Assembly (NCBI GenBank): GCA_964035545.1
Contig: OZ037769.1
Span: 1 to 64,000 of the forward strand
DNA length: 64,000 bases
DNA from: Bugula neritina
Taxonomy: Eukaryota > Animalia > Bryozoa
Reading direction: 5' to 3'
Below are positions 11,631-24,900 of this stretch, in pieces. The translations under genes were made by a program, and so were the position numbers. Position 1 is the stretch's first letter. Each line of letters opens with the position of its first letter. The notes beneath the pieces were generated by a model. That model saw only the letters and a program-made list of their open reading frames with translations, was not told the origin of the DNA and searched no databases.

Positions 11631-14600
11631 CTTTTCCAGGCTCCCGTTTTATTTTATTTTCCCACAACTCAAACCTCTACTGGTAACTTATACGCATGAC
11701 TATGACCATTAGTCATAACTGTAATGAAATGCTATTTCAAGTTGGGTGTCTTTATTTGTGTTTCGTTCGTCTAGTTTTAGGTTTTGTTTTAGTCTCTTGG
11801 AAATTGGGTTTTATGCATTTTGATATTCATCATTATAATCACTACTATTCTACTTTGTTACCATCAGTATATGACTTCGAAAATTTATATTCATCATTCA
11901 AATTGATATTATGAATAGAGTAAAAATTTTACTCCATTAGTTGTGTTTGATTTTATACTAATGACAAATAGGTAATAGTAGTATAAAAATATAATCTGTT
12001 TTGTATTTTCATACTCGAGTTTATGTGATAGTAGAATGTTAATTTGTTTCTATTTTTGATTCATTTAAGTCAGTCAGTTTGAACTCATTTTTAGTTCAAA
12101 ATAATTTAATTTGCATGTATTATGATTCACTCATTTTGAGTTTTGACAATTTTTCCCTCATTCCCTATTAAGTATTTTCATACCGTTTAAACACCATGAT
12201 CATGCTCAGATTTTGCCAAAGTTGATTTTTTTAAATCACTACTCAATATTTCGAGGCAATCAGTTTCACCATTATGGCCTGCTTCTTGTAATCTACTGTA
12301 TTTAGATGAATAGTGTTTACAAAGTCAATAATGATCCTAATATAACACTTCCTCTGCTGAATTCAGATTAGTAACACATGCAGGCAGTAGAATGCTTTTA
12401 TGACTGTTGTTTTCACTTCACTCTGCTTCACTTTTGCCTTTTCTGTTTGTTCACGGTTTCTCAGATTTGTGTAAAAGCTGTTGTTTGTTTCTTCTCAGTA
12501 TTTTTATGTTAGTTCTCTTCAGTTTTTCAGTTCAAACCCCATATCACATATTATCTAATATTGTAGAACATTCCAAATTTTCCATCTGTTTAGGTTTCTG
12601 ATTCACTTTTTGAATATTCTAGTAATTTGTGGAGGAAACTTGCAGTCTTTTCTAAAAATCTTCTACGTACCTGTATAGTTACATATCTATTCTATTGTGT
12701 GTTTTTAATAATCAATAATGTGCCATGCTATTTCACGTGATGTTATAATTTTATTATCAGCTAACTCTGCTAATGGAAATTTGTGCAGCTTGCTCTTAAT
12801 GTAGTTGTCTTCTCTTGTTTTCTCGAAGTTCCGTTATGTAGTTGTCTTCTCTCAGTTTCTTGGAATATGATGAGGTAGTTGTTTTCTTTAAGATATTCAA
12901 AGGCTCACACTTTCAAATTGTCTGCTCTGTCAGTAAGAATAGTTTGATCAGTTTATTCTGGCTCAGCAGCCTCCAGACTGGGGAAGTATTTTGTTCTCAC
13001 TTGGTAACTATATGTTTAGCTTGCTGGTAACAATCAGGTATATTTGCTAGCTCTATTATTTATTAGGTTATGGCTCTTTCAACAAATCATATTTTAACTT
13101 AATTAAGCATGATGACACTCTTCTACTTATTTGAGTAATGATTAATCTTCAAGATTAAATATGATTGTTTTGTATTTTTCCATTTCTCATTTTTTTGGCT
13201 TTTACTACTGCTGTTGTAATAAATGAGCTGTATTTAGAATTTTATGTTTATTTCATTGTTTTTCATCATATGCAACACCACATAATTATAGACTACTTTA
13301 TTATTACAGTAACTGGTGTGATGGTCACATGGTCAGCTACTAGACAACCAACCAATTGGGTATAAAGTTCGGCAAATTCATTCTAGATTATTCTTGGCAT
13401 GTGTCAGCTGTAAGAGCTATATATGGAGGTAATACTTATTAAGTATAACATGTCTCCTTGATGAAGCTATTTATCTAAAGAATTGTTTACAAATTTGCAT
13501 TTAATCACAATTCAACAAGTAAACAGTTTCAAACTTCATCAAGTTGTATTTTCAAGAATTACCAATTTTAGTTGAACTCAAGCTAAACCGATATAATAAT
13601 TTACTTCTCTGTAAGTTGTTTCACAAGACTCATCGCGTTACTAGATTTCCTACTTATATCATTCATCTGTATTATATGCATGAGTAGAGCATTTTGATGT
13701 TGGTTCGATCATTTAACCAGTTAGAAACTTTATATATAACATATACTCCTATACAGTATTAACATAGTGTTGAGTGTCAGTTTGGAGGAAAAAATTCTAC
13801 AGGTTATGTTTCTATTGCCATAACTCATGCTTCCTTTTTTCTATTGTATTTTGAACAAGTTTATGTGCTATTTTTTGTGTTACAGGATGTGTAGAGGAAC
13901 AGCAACCTGTACTCTTTTTCTCTCTGTGTTATTCTTCCCATCCCTGTAAGCCTCATCTTTATCTGTTCTTGGTATGTTTTATTTTAATTCTTTGTTTTCT
14001 AGTCCTTTAATCACCCTCTGTTGTTATATCATAGCCTCTGCTTCTCTTAGTATTATTTACCAAATATTCAAGTTTGATGTATTTTTAATATATGTTTAAA
14101 TTGTTGAGAACTACAAATGTTTAGAAATATGAGATCGCATTAAGTAAAAAATTACCTAATCCTGAATATCATGCTATTTAAAATTATTCTGGATTAGTGT
14201 TTTTTTATCAGGCACATATTATAGTAAACTTAATGCTATACATGCATATTTTTTATAGTAATTCATGACTGTGACCTGTCCCAACTCATTTCAAACAACT
14301 ATATAACAAAGTTGGGAGTAAGCAAGTGCATGCACAGCCCTGGCCTCTTTCTTTAGGTCCCTAACTTCATGCTAATATCTAGTTGCATTCAATGACAGAA
14401 ATTAGTGATTTCATGGTGAATGGTTGGAAAGATGATAAAGCTCCATAAAAATTTCAAAAGTCAAATTCCAAGTTGCAACACTCATTTTCATCATTCACCT
14501 GAATAGCTTCTAGAACAAGCAGTTTCTTGAGCTCACCTGTTCAATTTCTTTATGTCTCTTTGTGTCGTGAATTTGTGTTTCTTTTCTTAATGGTTAATGT

Positions 14601-15920
14601 AGCATAGTGATATCTTTTCCTATTTTTCTTGCCCTAAACATGATTGATAATGCTGCTTAAAAAAGACAAATTTTTAAAAGTATTTGATTGCTACATCTCT
14701 GTTTTCCCTTCATTATATTCTGAAACTTGAAGCCTCATAGAGTCTTAGGCACCAAAGTTATTATTGCTCTTTTTGCTGCATACAGATTGCACTGAATTGG
14801 TAACACCATTGGAAGTGAGTCATGAGATGTAGCGCATGCCCCAATAATCACGTGATCAGTTACAGACGACTGAGCAGTGATTGGTTACGGATGACTGAGC
14901 ACGTCTGCTGCACTGTCATTGTAGTAAATTGCTCTTCATAGTGAATGGTCGTGCAACTGCATGAAACTGTTTGGTCATCTTACCAAGGTAAACCTTTGTT
15001 TAGCATGCCATTTAATAATTTTTTACCAACATTATCTTTATTTTACTGATGGTTGATCTGTATTCATTCATAGGTTTGGAATTCACATCGAATATTGTAT
15101 TTAATTAATAGGTTAATACCCATTGCTAGTCCATTTGATTCTGCAGTCATTCGAGCAGATGCAACTGCAAGGCTTCTAATGAATTTCAATTTAGCTTAGC
15201 TTCAAATTGGCTGGCATGACTTCAACATAACGTTTACCCTGTTCTTCTCTGGTCTGTTGAACTAAACTGCAAAATCAATACTAGAAATAAGTGTATAATT
15301 GAAATCAAATATTTTAATTTTTTTCACTATAGCCTTATACCAGTATAATAAAGTTTAACTTATGCCCAATGATTTAATTTGTTTTACTTTATTTCAGTTA
15401 CATACCCATTGTGATCATACTAATTCCTCGAATTGAAAAGTTAAAGTGGATTATTCGGTTTAAACTGTTTCAACTGAAACAAGTTATGTTTTTGTTTCAA
15501 TGAAGTTTCATTCCTTGTTCTGTAGACTATGTTGATTTTATCACAATGTAAATTTCCAATACTCTAGATTTTACAGTTTATAAGTTGTCTCATACTGCAT
15601 GTCTGTCATCATTTATTCAACAATTTTAATTTATCAAATGTGTTTTGTTTTTTAGAATCACTCCGTGCAGCTCAGATATTCACACATTAGAGAACATATG
15701 GTCTACACCAGGAAGATAGGACCTAGCCAACTGTGGTCAGTTCTGTGAGCCCCATTTTGGTTATAATTAGGTATTTATTATTATTCATAATGCATTTTTC
15801 TGTGTTTTTAATTTTACTAATTTCACAGGATGTAGGATTGTACTTCTTGTATGCTTGTTGATAACTGATTGTCCATAATTCATGTATATATATTTCTGAA
15901 AAAGTTGTGAAAAGTTATGT

Positions 15921-18900
15921 TTTATTTATTATTTTAGTCTTGTTAACTCCAAGTGTTGTGGAATTGTTCGAGTAGATCACTTGTAGTCAGTAGACTAGTA
16001 TCTCAGCTCTGCAAACATTCACTATTATAGCTAATTAAAATGAAATGTCTTATATATTAAGGTAGTTTAGAATATTTATTGTCTGTTTTGTAGTTGTGTT
16101 TGACCACATGCAGATAGAAGTTACATTGATATCAAGACCAGTTTTATATCTGTGAGATGCTCACAAGCCAACACGTAGAAGTTGTCTTCTCTGTGTTTCA
16201 TTCAACGAAATTTTTCATCCATTCAGGTTTGTGTCTAAGTGAATTGCTTATTGCAACAATATTTACTTTTCCTTTCATTAAGTTGAAGTTGTCTAACCTT
16301 CACTACTAACTCTTGGAATTAGTAAAACTTACAGTGCACGGCTGTGAAGTAAAATCAGTTGACCTATATCTGCTCCTATTAGCTATGAAATCCACTGTTG
16401 ATTAGCATTATTGTAACACATGGCTGCTTTTCTGTCATTTTATTTTGTTTTAAAAGTTTTATTTGTTTATTTGATTCAATAATTGCCAAACATGTTTCTA
16501 ATAAAAGTTAAAACAGCCTATTGTAAAAGCTCTTGCCAACCTTACCCTAGCTCCATATGGAAAGATGCCATATATATACCTTTACAGCTTCATTTGCTTT
16601 AGATGCGTCTGCAACCTGAGTGACTCAGACTCAGTGTTGGTTTGTTTCACTTACAGGTTACTGATGGCTGCTTCATATTATTCCTTCTGGATGGTTTGGT
16701 ATTAGTTGGAGTTGTTTGATCTTTGCTTGACCTGAACTATTTTCAGACTGAGGTGTACTACATACTACTCTATTTGAAGTGTGAGGTTAGCCGGCTATTA
16801 TCTTTCGCATGTCTAAATTTTTAGTAGTGTGTTGAAACATATAGCCAGGAGAATATGAGCTCAGTAGAAGTGAAATTATATGCATCTTCTCCTTGTTTGT
16901 CTGAATGTCAATACAAAATTTGACTGAAGAATGAGAAATCAGCACATTATTGGGATTTTATTTTAGGATTTTACTTTCTTGTTAATAAAGTCATTACCTC
17001 TGTTGAACACCATCAGTGAGCAATTTATTTGATTTTGAAGTTGTTTAAGCTGTTTCCTGTAAATGCTACCAAACCTCATTCCAACTAAATGAGCACTCTT
17101 CAATCATATTTGTTATTTTGTCAATTTATTGCTAGCTGTGTGAAAACCTCTTATTAAATAATATAAGCTTACATAGTGCTATGTTTGCTTGTGGTAAGAA
17201 AAAGAAGTCGGGCTTTCATTTTAGAATTTTGGGTTAGGCATTTTATTTTGTAATTATTATACTATGCATCATTGATTGTCATTACTAACACCGATTACAG
17301 TATAGTAAAAGGTTACCACCATTATTATATATGATCTGCATGCATAATTTACCTAGTATGTGTAGTATTACTAGGCCGTTACTCCTAGGTATATCTATTA
17401 GTTGGTGCATATTCAAGCCACTAATATTGTCTGTTAACGGCTGCTGTCTTCCCATGCCTTCTGCTCCTTCCGATTCTGCTTAGTTAACTTTTTTTGTTTC
17501 GGCAGTCTATAATATGTTGATTCATTTCTTTCAGTTTATTTGGCATGTTTTGTGATGCATTTTGGAAGTCTCATAGATAATGCTGCCTCTGTGGCTCTTA
17601 GTTGTCACTTTTGCTATTTCAGACTGTTGACAGTTTCTCATCAGTGTGAAAGCTGTTGTTTGTTTCTACTTAGTATTTTTTAGGTTAGCTCCCTTCAGTG
17701 TTTTAATCTACTGATGTTGTTTTCCGATTTATAATTTCTTCTAATATTTAACATCTTCTCCAATATTGTAAAACATTCTAACCTATGATGTTTATAATGT
17801 TGTGTCACATTCTGACTATTCTAGTTATTTATAAAGAAAACTTGTGGTTTTTAACCACATTCTATAAATTTAAATCCACATATGTATGTAGATGTATTTA
17901 TTCTATAGTGTATTTTTGGTTATAATCAATAATGTACCATACTGTTTCACGTGAGGTTATAATTTTATTCTCTGCCAACTTTTCTAATAGGAATTCGTTC
18001 AACTTGCTGCTTGTTCCTAATGTAGTTGTCTTTTCCTAAAGTTTCATCGTGTAGTTGTCTTCTCTTGTTTTCTCGAAGTTCCATTATGAAGTTGTCTTCT
18101 TTTGTTTTCCTGAACTCTCGTAATGTAGTTGTCTTCTCCTGTTTTCTTCAAGTTTCATTATGTAGTTGTCTTCTCTCAGTTTCTTGGAATATGATGAGGT
18201 AGTTGTTTTCTCTAGGATATTCAAAGGCTCACACTTGCAAATTGTCTGCTCTGTCAGTAAGAATAGTTTGATCAGTTTATTGTGACTCAGCAGCCTCCAG
18301 ACTGGGGAAGTATTTTGTTCTCACTTGGTAACTATGTTTAGCTTTATTATTTATCAGGTTATGGCTCTTTCAACAAATGATATTTTAACTTAATTAAGCA
18401 TGATGACACTCTTCTACTTATTTGAGTAATGATTAATCTTCAAGATTAAATATGATTGTTTTGTATTTTTCCATTTCTCATTTTTTTTGGCTTTTCCTAC
18501 TGCTGTTGTAATAAATGAGCTGTATTTAGAATTTTATGTTTATTTCATTGTTTTTCATCATATGCAACACCACATAATTATAGACTACTTTATTATTACA
18601 GTAACTGGTGTGATGGTCACATGGTCAGCTACTAGACAACCAACCAATTGGGTATAAAGTTCGGCAAATTCATTCTAGATTATTCTTGGCATGTGTGAGC
18701 TGTAAGAGCTATATATGGAGGTAATACTTATTAAGTATAACATGTCTCCTTGATGAAGCTATTTATCTAAAGAATTGTTCACAAATTTGCATTTAATCAC
18801 AATTCAACAAGTAAACAGTTTCAAAATTTTCATCAAGTTGTATTTTCAAGAATTACCAATTATAGTTGAACTCAAGCTAAACCGATATAGCATTTTACTT

Positions 18901-21900
18901 CTCTGTAAGTTGTTTCACAAGACTCATCGCGTTACTAGATTTCCTACTTATATCATTCATCTGTATTATATACATGAGTAGAGAATTTTGATGTTGGTTC
19001 AATCATTTAACCAGTTAGAAACTTTAGATATAACATATACTCCTATACAGTATTAACATAGTGTTGAGTGTCAGTTTGGAGGAAAAAATTCTACAGGTTT
19101 CTTCTATAGAATCGTTCACAAATTTGCATTTAATCACAATTCAACAAGTAAACAGTTTCAAACTTTTCATCAAGTTGCATTTTCAAGAATTACAAATAAA
19201 AGTTGCACTGAAGCTAAACCGATATAATAATTTACTTCTCTGTAAGTCGATATGACTTGGATGTTTTATGTGCCTTAACTTAACCTGATTATACATACAT
19301 GTGGTGGTTGATGTTTACTTCTATGTCATAATTATATTATTTTACCCCAATCTGCTGAATATTCCAATTTTGAATGACTAACATTTGGGTGTTAGCTTGG
19401 GCCAATTTTGTCAAAGTCTCTCGTACTATGCATTATACAACATACTTATTTTCTATACTGTATTATCTAAAAAAACATGTTTCATGCTTTAATTAAATTT
19501 TAATGTTTTAAAGTCACTTTTATTGTGAATGTCTGCCTTGATAATTTGACTTGTTGGTTTACCATGCAGGTTTTAGAGCTGTAGATTTATACTGTTTTAT
19601 ACTAAACTCATTAGGTTACTAGATTTCCTACTTATATCACACATCTGTATTATACGAGTAGAAAATTTTGATGTTGGTTCAATTATTTAACCAGTTGGAA
19701 ACTTTATATATAATATATACTCCTATACAGTATTAACATAGTGTTGAGGGTTTTCTGAATGCTTGGAATTTGCTAATAAATTTGTCAATTTGATAGAAAA
19801 AATTCTACAGGTGATGTTTCTATTGCTTCCTTTTTTCTATTGTATTTTGAACAAGTTTATTTACTATTTTTTGTGTTACAGAATGGGCAGGGGAACAGCA
19901 ACCTGTACAATTTTTCTCTCTGTGTTATTCTTCTCATCCCTGTAATCCTCATCTGTATCTGTCCGTGGTATGTTTTATTTCAACTCATTATTTTCTCCAG
20001 TCCTTTAATTGTTCTCTGTTGTTATATCATAGCCTCTACTTCTCTTACTATTATTTACCAAATATTCAAGTTTGATGTATTTTCAGTATACGTTTAAATT
20101 ATTGAGAACTATAAGTGTTTAGAAATATGAGATTGCATTAAGTGAAAATTTTCCTCATCCTAAGAATCATGCTATTTAAAATTATTATTGACAAGTGTTG
20201 TTTTATCAGGCAGTGACAGTATACACATATTATAGTAAACCTAATGCTATACAAATTGTCTAGTAATTCATGACCATGACCTGCCCCAACACATGTGAAC
20301 AAGTATTTCAATGTTTACCTGCAAACAGTAGTCAGAGTTGGGAGTAAGCAAGTGCATGCACAGCCCTGGCCTCTTTCTTTAGGTCCCTAACTTCATGCTA
20401 ATATCTAGTTGCATTCAATGACAGAAATTAGTGATTTCATGGTGAATGGTTGGAAGGATGATAAAGCTCCATAAAAATTTCAAAAGTCAAATTCCAAGTT
20501 GCAACACTCATTTTCATCATTCACCTGAATAGCTTCTAGAACAAGCAGTTTCTTGAGCTCACCTGTTCAATTTCTTTATGTCTCTTTGTGTCGTGAATTT
20601 GTGTTTCTTTTCTTAATGGTTAATGTAGCATAGTGATATCTTTTCCTATTTTTCTTGCCCTAAACATGATTGATAATGCTGCTTAAAAAAGACAAATTTT
20701 TAAAAGTATTTGATTGCTACATCTCTGTTTTCCCTTCATTATATTCTGAAACTTGAAGCCTCATAGAGTCTTAGGCACCAAAGTTATTATTGCTCTTTTT
20801 GCTGCATACAGATTGCACTGAATTGGTAACACCATTGGAAGTGAGTCATGAGATGTAGCGCATGCCCCAATAATCACGTGATCAGTTACAGACGACTGAG
20901 CAGTGATTGGTTACGGATGACGGAGCACGTCTGCTGCACTGTCATTGTAGTAAATTGCTCTTCATAGTGAATGGTCGTGCAACTGCATGAAACTGTTTGG
21001 TCATCTTACCAAGGTAAACCTTTGTTTAGCATGCCATTTAATAACTTTTTATCAACAGTATCTTTTAGTTTACTGATTGTTGATCTGTATTTATTCATAG
21101 GCTTGGATTTCACATTGATTATTTTATTTAATTGATAGACTGCTACCCATTTCTAGTCAATTTGATACTGCAGTCATTTGAGTAAATGCAACTGCAAGGC
21201 TTATAATTATAGTTGTAATAAATTTCAATTTAGCTTTGCTTCAAATTGGCTTGACTTTGACGTAACTTTTACCCTGTTCTACTCTGGTCTGTTGAACTGA
21301 ACTACAAAATCAATACTAAGAATAATAGTATAATTGAAATCAAATATTTTAATGCTTTTCTGACTATAATAATGTTCAACTTATGCTGAATGATTTATTT
21401 TGTTTGACTTTATTTCAGTTACATACTCATCATGGTCATAATCATGGTTCGAAATTGAAAAGTTTAAGTGGAATAAATTCAGTTTAAACTGCTGTAACTA
21501 TAAAAAACAAGTTATATTTCTTGTTCAAAGAAGTTTCTTTCCTGGTTCTGTAGACTATGTTGATTCTATCATGATACAATTTTCAATACTCTAGATTTTA
21601 GGACCTATGAGATGTCTCATATATATCTGTCATCATTTATTCAACAATTTTAATTTATCAAATGTGTTTTGTTTTTTAGAATCACTCCGTGCAGCTCAGA
21701 TATTCACACATTAGAGAACATATGGTTTTCACCAGGAAGATAGGACCTAGCCAACTGTGGTCAATTCTGAGAGCCCCATCTTGGTTATAATTAGGTATTT
21801 ATTATTTACAATAATTTTCTCTGTGGTTTCAATTTTACTAGTTTTACAAGATGTATTGGAAGAATCATCTTGTGCTTCTTGTATTCTTCTTGATAACTGA

Positions 21901-24900
21901 TGTCCATAATTCATGTATATCTATTTCTGTTTGAACTGGTAGTAAAAATGTTATGGTTTATTTATTATTTTAGTCTTGTTAACTCCAAGTGTTGTGGAAT
22001 TGTTCGAGTAGATCACTTGTAGTCAGTAGACTAGTATCTCAGCTCTGCAAACATTCACTATTATAGCTAATTAAAATGAAATGTCTTATATATTAAGGTA
22101 GTTTAGAATATTTATTGTCTGTTTTGTAGTTGTGTTTGACCACATGCAGATAGAAGTTACATTGATATCAAGACCAGTTTTATATCTGTGAGATGCTCAC
22201 AAGCCAACACGTAGAAGTTGTCTTCTCTGTGTTTCATTCAACGAAATTTTTCATCCATTCAGGTTTGTGTCTAAGTGAATTGCTTATTGCAACAATATTT
22301 ACTTTTCCTTTCATTAAGTTGAAGTTGTCTAACCTTCACTACTAACTCTTGGAATTAGTAAAACTTACAGTGCACGGCTGTGAAGTAAAATCAGTTGACC
22401 TATATCTGCTCCTATTAGCTATGAAATCCACTGTTGATTAGCATTATTGTAACACATGGCTGCTTTTCTGTCATTTTATTTTGTTTTAAAAGTTTTATTT
22501 GTTTATTTGATTCAATAATTGCCAAACATGTTTCTAATAAAAGTTAAAACAGCCTATTGTAAAAGCTCTTGCCAACCTTACCCTAGCTCCATATGGAAAG
22601 ATGCCATATATATACCTTTACAGCTTCATTTGCTTTAGATGCGTCTGCAACCTGAGTGACTCAGACTCAGTGTTGGTTTGTTTCACTTACAGGTTACTGA
22701 TGGCTGCTTCATATTATTCCTTCTGGATGGTTTGGTATTAGTTGGAGTTGTTTGATCTTTGCTTGACCTGAACTATTTTCAGACTGAGGTGTACTACATA
22801 CTACTCTATTTGAAGTGTGAGGTTAGCCGGCTATTATCTTTCGCATGTCTAAATTTTTAGTAGTGTGTTGAAACATATAGCCAGGAGAATATGAGCTCAG
22901 TAGAAGTGAAATTATATGCATCTTCTCCTTGTTTGTCTGAATGTCAATACAAAATTTGACTGAAGAATGAGAAATCAGCACATTATTGGGATTTTATTTT
23001 AGGATTTTACTTTCTTGTTAATAAAGTCATTACCTCTGTTGAACACCATCAGTGAGCAATTTATTTGATTTTGAAGTTGTTTAAGCTGTTTCCTGTAAAT
23101 GCTACCAAACCTCATTCCAACTAAATGAGCACTCTTCAATCATATTTGTTATTTTGTCAATTTATTGCTAGCTGTGTGAAAACCTCTTATTAAATAATAT
23201 AAGCTTACATAGTGCTATGTTTGCTTGTGGTAAGAAAAAGAAGTCGGGCTTTCATTTTAGAATTTTGGGTTAGGCATTTTATTTTGTAATTATTATACTA
23301 TGCATCATTGATTGTCATTACTAACACCGATTACAGTATAGTAAAAGGTTACCACCATTATTATATATGATCTGCATGCATAATTTACCTAGTATGTGTA
23401 GTATTACTAGGCCGTTACTCCTAGGTATATCTATTAGTTGGTGCATATTCAAGCCACTAATATTGTCTGTTAACGGCTGCTGTCTTCCCATGCCTTCTGC
23501 TCCTTCCGATTCTGCTTAGTTAACTTTTTTTGTTTCGGCAGTCTATAATATGTTGATTCATTTCTTTCAGTTTATTTGGCATGTTTTGTGATGCATTTTG
23601 GAAGTCTCATAGATAATGCTGCCTCTGTGGCTCTTAGTTGTCACTTTTGCTATTTCAGACTGTTGACAGTTTCTCATCAGTGTGAAAGCTGTTGTTTGTT
23701 TCTACTTAGTATTTTTTAGGTTAGCTCCCTTCAGTGTTTTAATCTACTGATGTTGTTTTCCGATTTATAATTTCTTCTAATATTTAACATCTTCTCCAAT
23801 ATTGTAAAACATTCTAACCTATGATGTTTATAATGTTGTGTCACATTCTGACTATTCTAGTTATTTATAAAGAAAACTTGTGGTTTTTAACCACATTCTA
23901 TAAATTTAAATCCACATATGTATGTAGATGTATTTATTCTATAGTGTATTTTTGGTTATAATCAATAATGTACCATACTGTTTCACGTGAGGTTATAATT
24001 TTATTCTCTGCCAACTTTTCTAATAGGAATTCGTTCAACTTGCTGCTTGTTCCTAATGTAGTTGTCTTTTCCTAAAGTTTCATCGTGTAGTTGTCTTCTC
24101 TTGTTTTCTCGAAGTTCCATTATGAAGTTGTCTTCTTTTGTTTTCCTGAACTCTCGTAATGTAGTTGTCTTCTCCTGTTTTCTTCAAGTTTCATTATGTA
24201 GTTGTCTTCTCTCAGTTTCTTGGAATATGATGAGGTAGTTGTTTTCTCTAGGATATTCAAAGGCTCACACTTGCAAATTGTCTGCTCTGTCAGTAAGAAT
24301 AGTTTGATCAGTTTATTGTGACTCAGCAGCCTCCAGACTGGGGAAGTATTTTGTTCTCACTTGGTAACTATGTTTAGCTTTATTATTTATCAGGTTATGG
24401 CTCTTTCAACAAATGATATTTTAACTTAATTAAGCATGATGACACTCTTCTACTTATTTGAGTAATGATTAATCTTCAAGATTAAATATGATTGTTTTGT
24501 ATTTTTCCATTTCTCATTTTTTTTGGCTTTTCCTACTGCTGTTGTAATAAATGAGCTGTATTTAGAATTTTATGTTTATTTCATTGTTTTTCATCATATG
24601 CAACACCACATAATTATAGACTACTTTATTATTACAGTAACTGGTGTGATGGTCACATGGTCAGCTACTAGACAACCAACCAATTGGGTATAAAGTTCGG
24701 CAAATTCATTCTAGATTATTCTTGGCATGTGTGAGCTGTAAGAGCTATATATGGAGGTAATACTTATTAAGTATAACATGTCTCCTTGATGAAGCTATTT
24801 ATCTAAAGAATTGTTCACAAATTTGCATTTAATCACAATTCAACAAGTAAACAGTTTCAAAATTTTCATCAAGTTGTATTTTCAAGAATTACCAATTATA

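Noticed and set aside
12533-12541. CAAACCCCA as a telomerase RNA template
   Set aside because: A 9-nt match is expected by chance, is not conserved in paralogous units, and has no supporting structure.
12870-12892. let-7-like TGAGGTAGTTGTTTT (also ~18195, ~24231)
   Set aside because: It is part of the 37-bp repeat, matches only the seed and forms no proper precursor hairpin. The same applies to the miR-10-like TACCCTGT (~15235) and miR-92-like ATTGCAC (14786).
13109-13170. C-box ATGATGA suggesting an intronic C/D snoRNA
   Set aside because: No CTGA D box or terminal stem at a suitable distance.
11319-13365. Short hydrophobic plus-strand ORFs
   Set aside because: By-products of T-rich low-complexity DNA; many have non-ATG starts and none has a recognisable domain.
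19840-20097. 85-aa ORF resembling a GPCR transmembrane segment
   Set aside because: The frame is broken or truncated in other units, and the hydrophobicity follows from T-richness.
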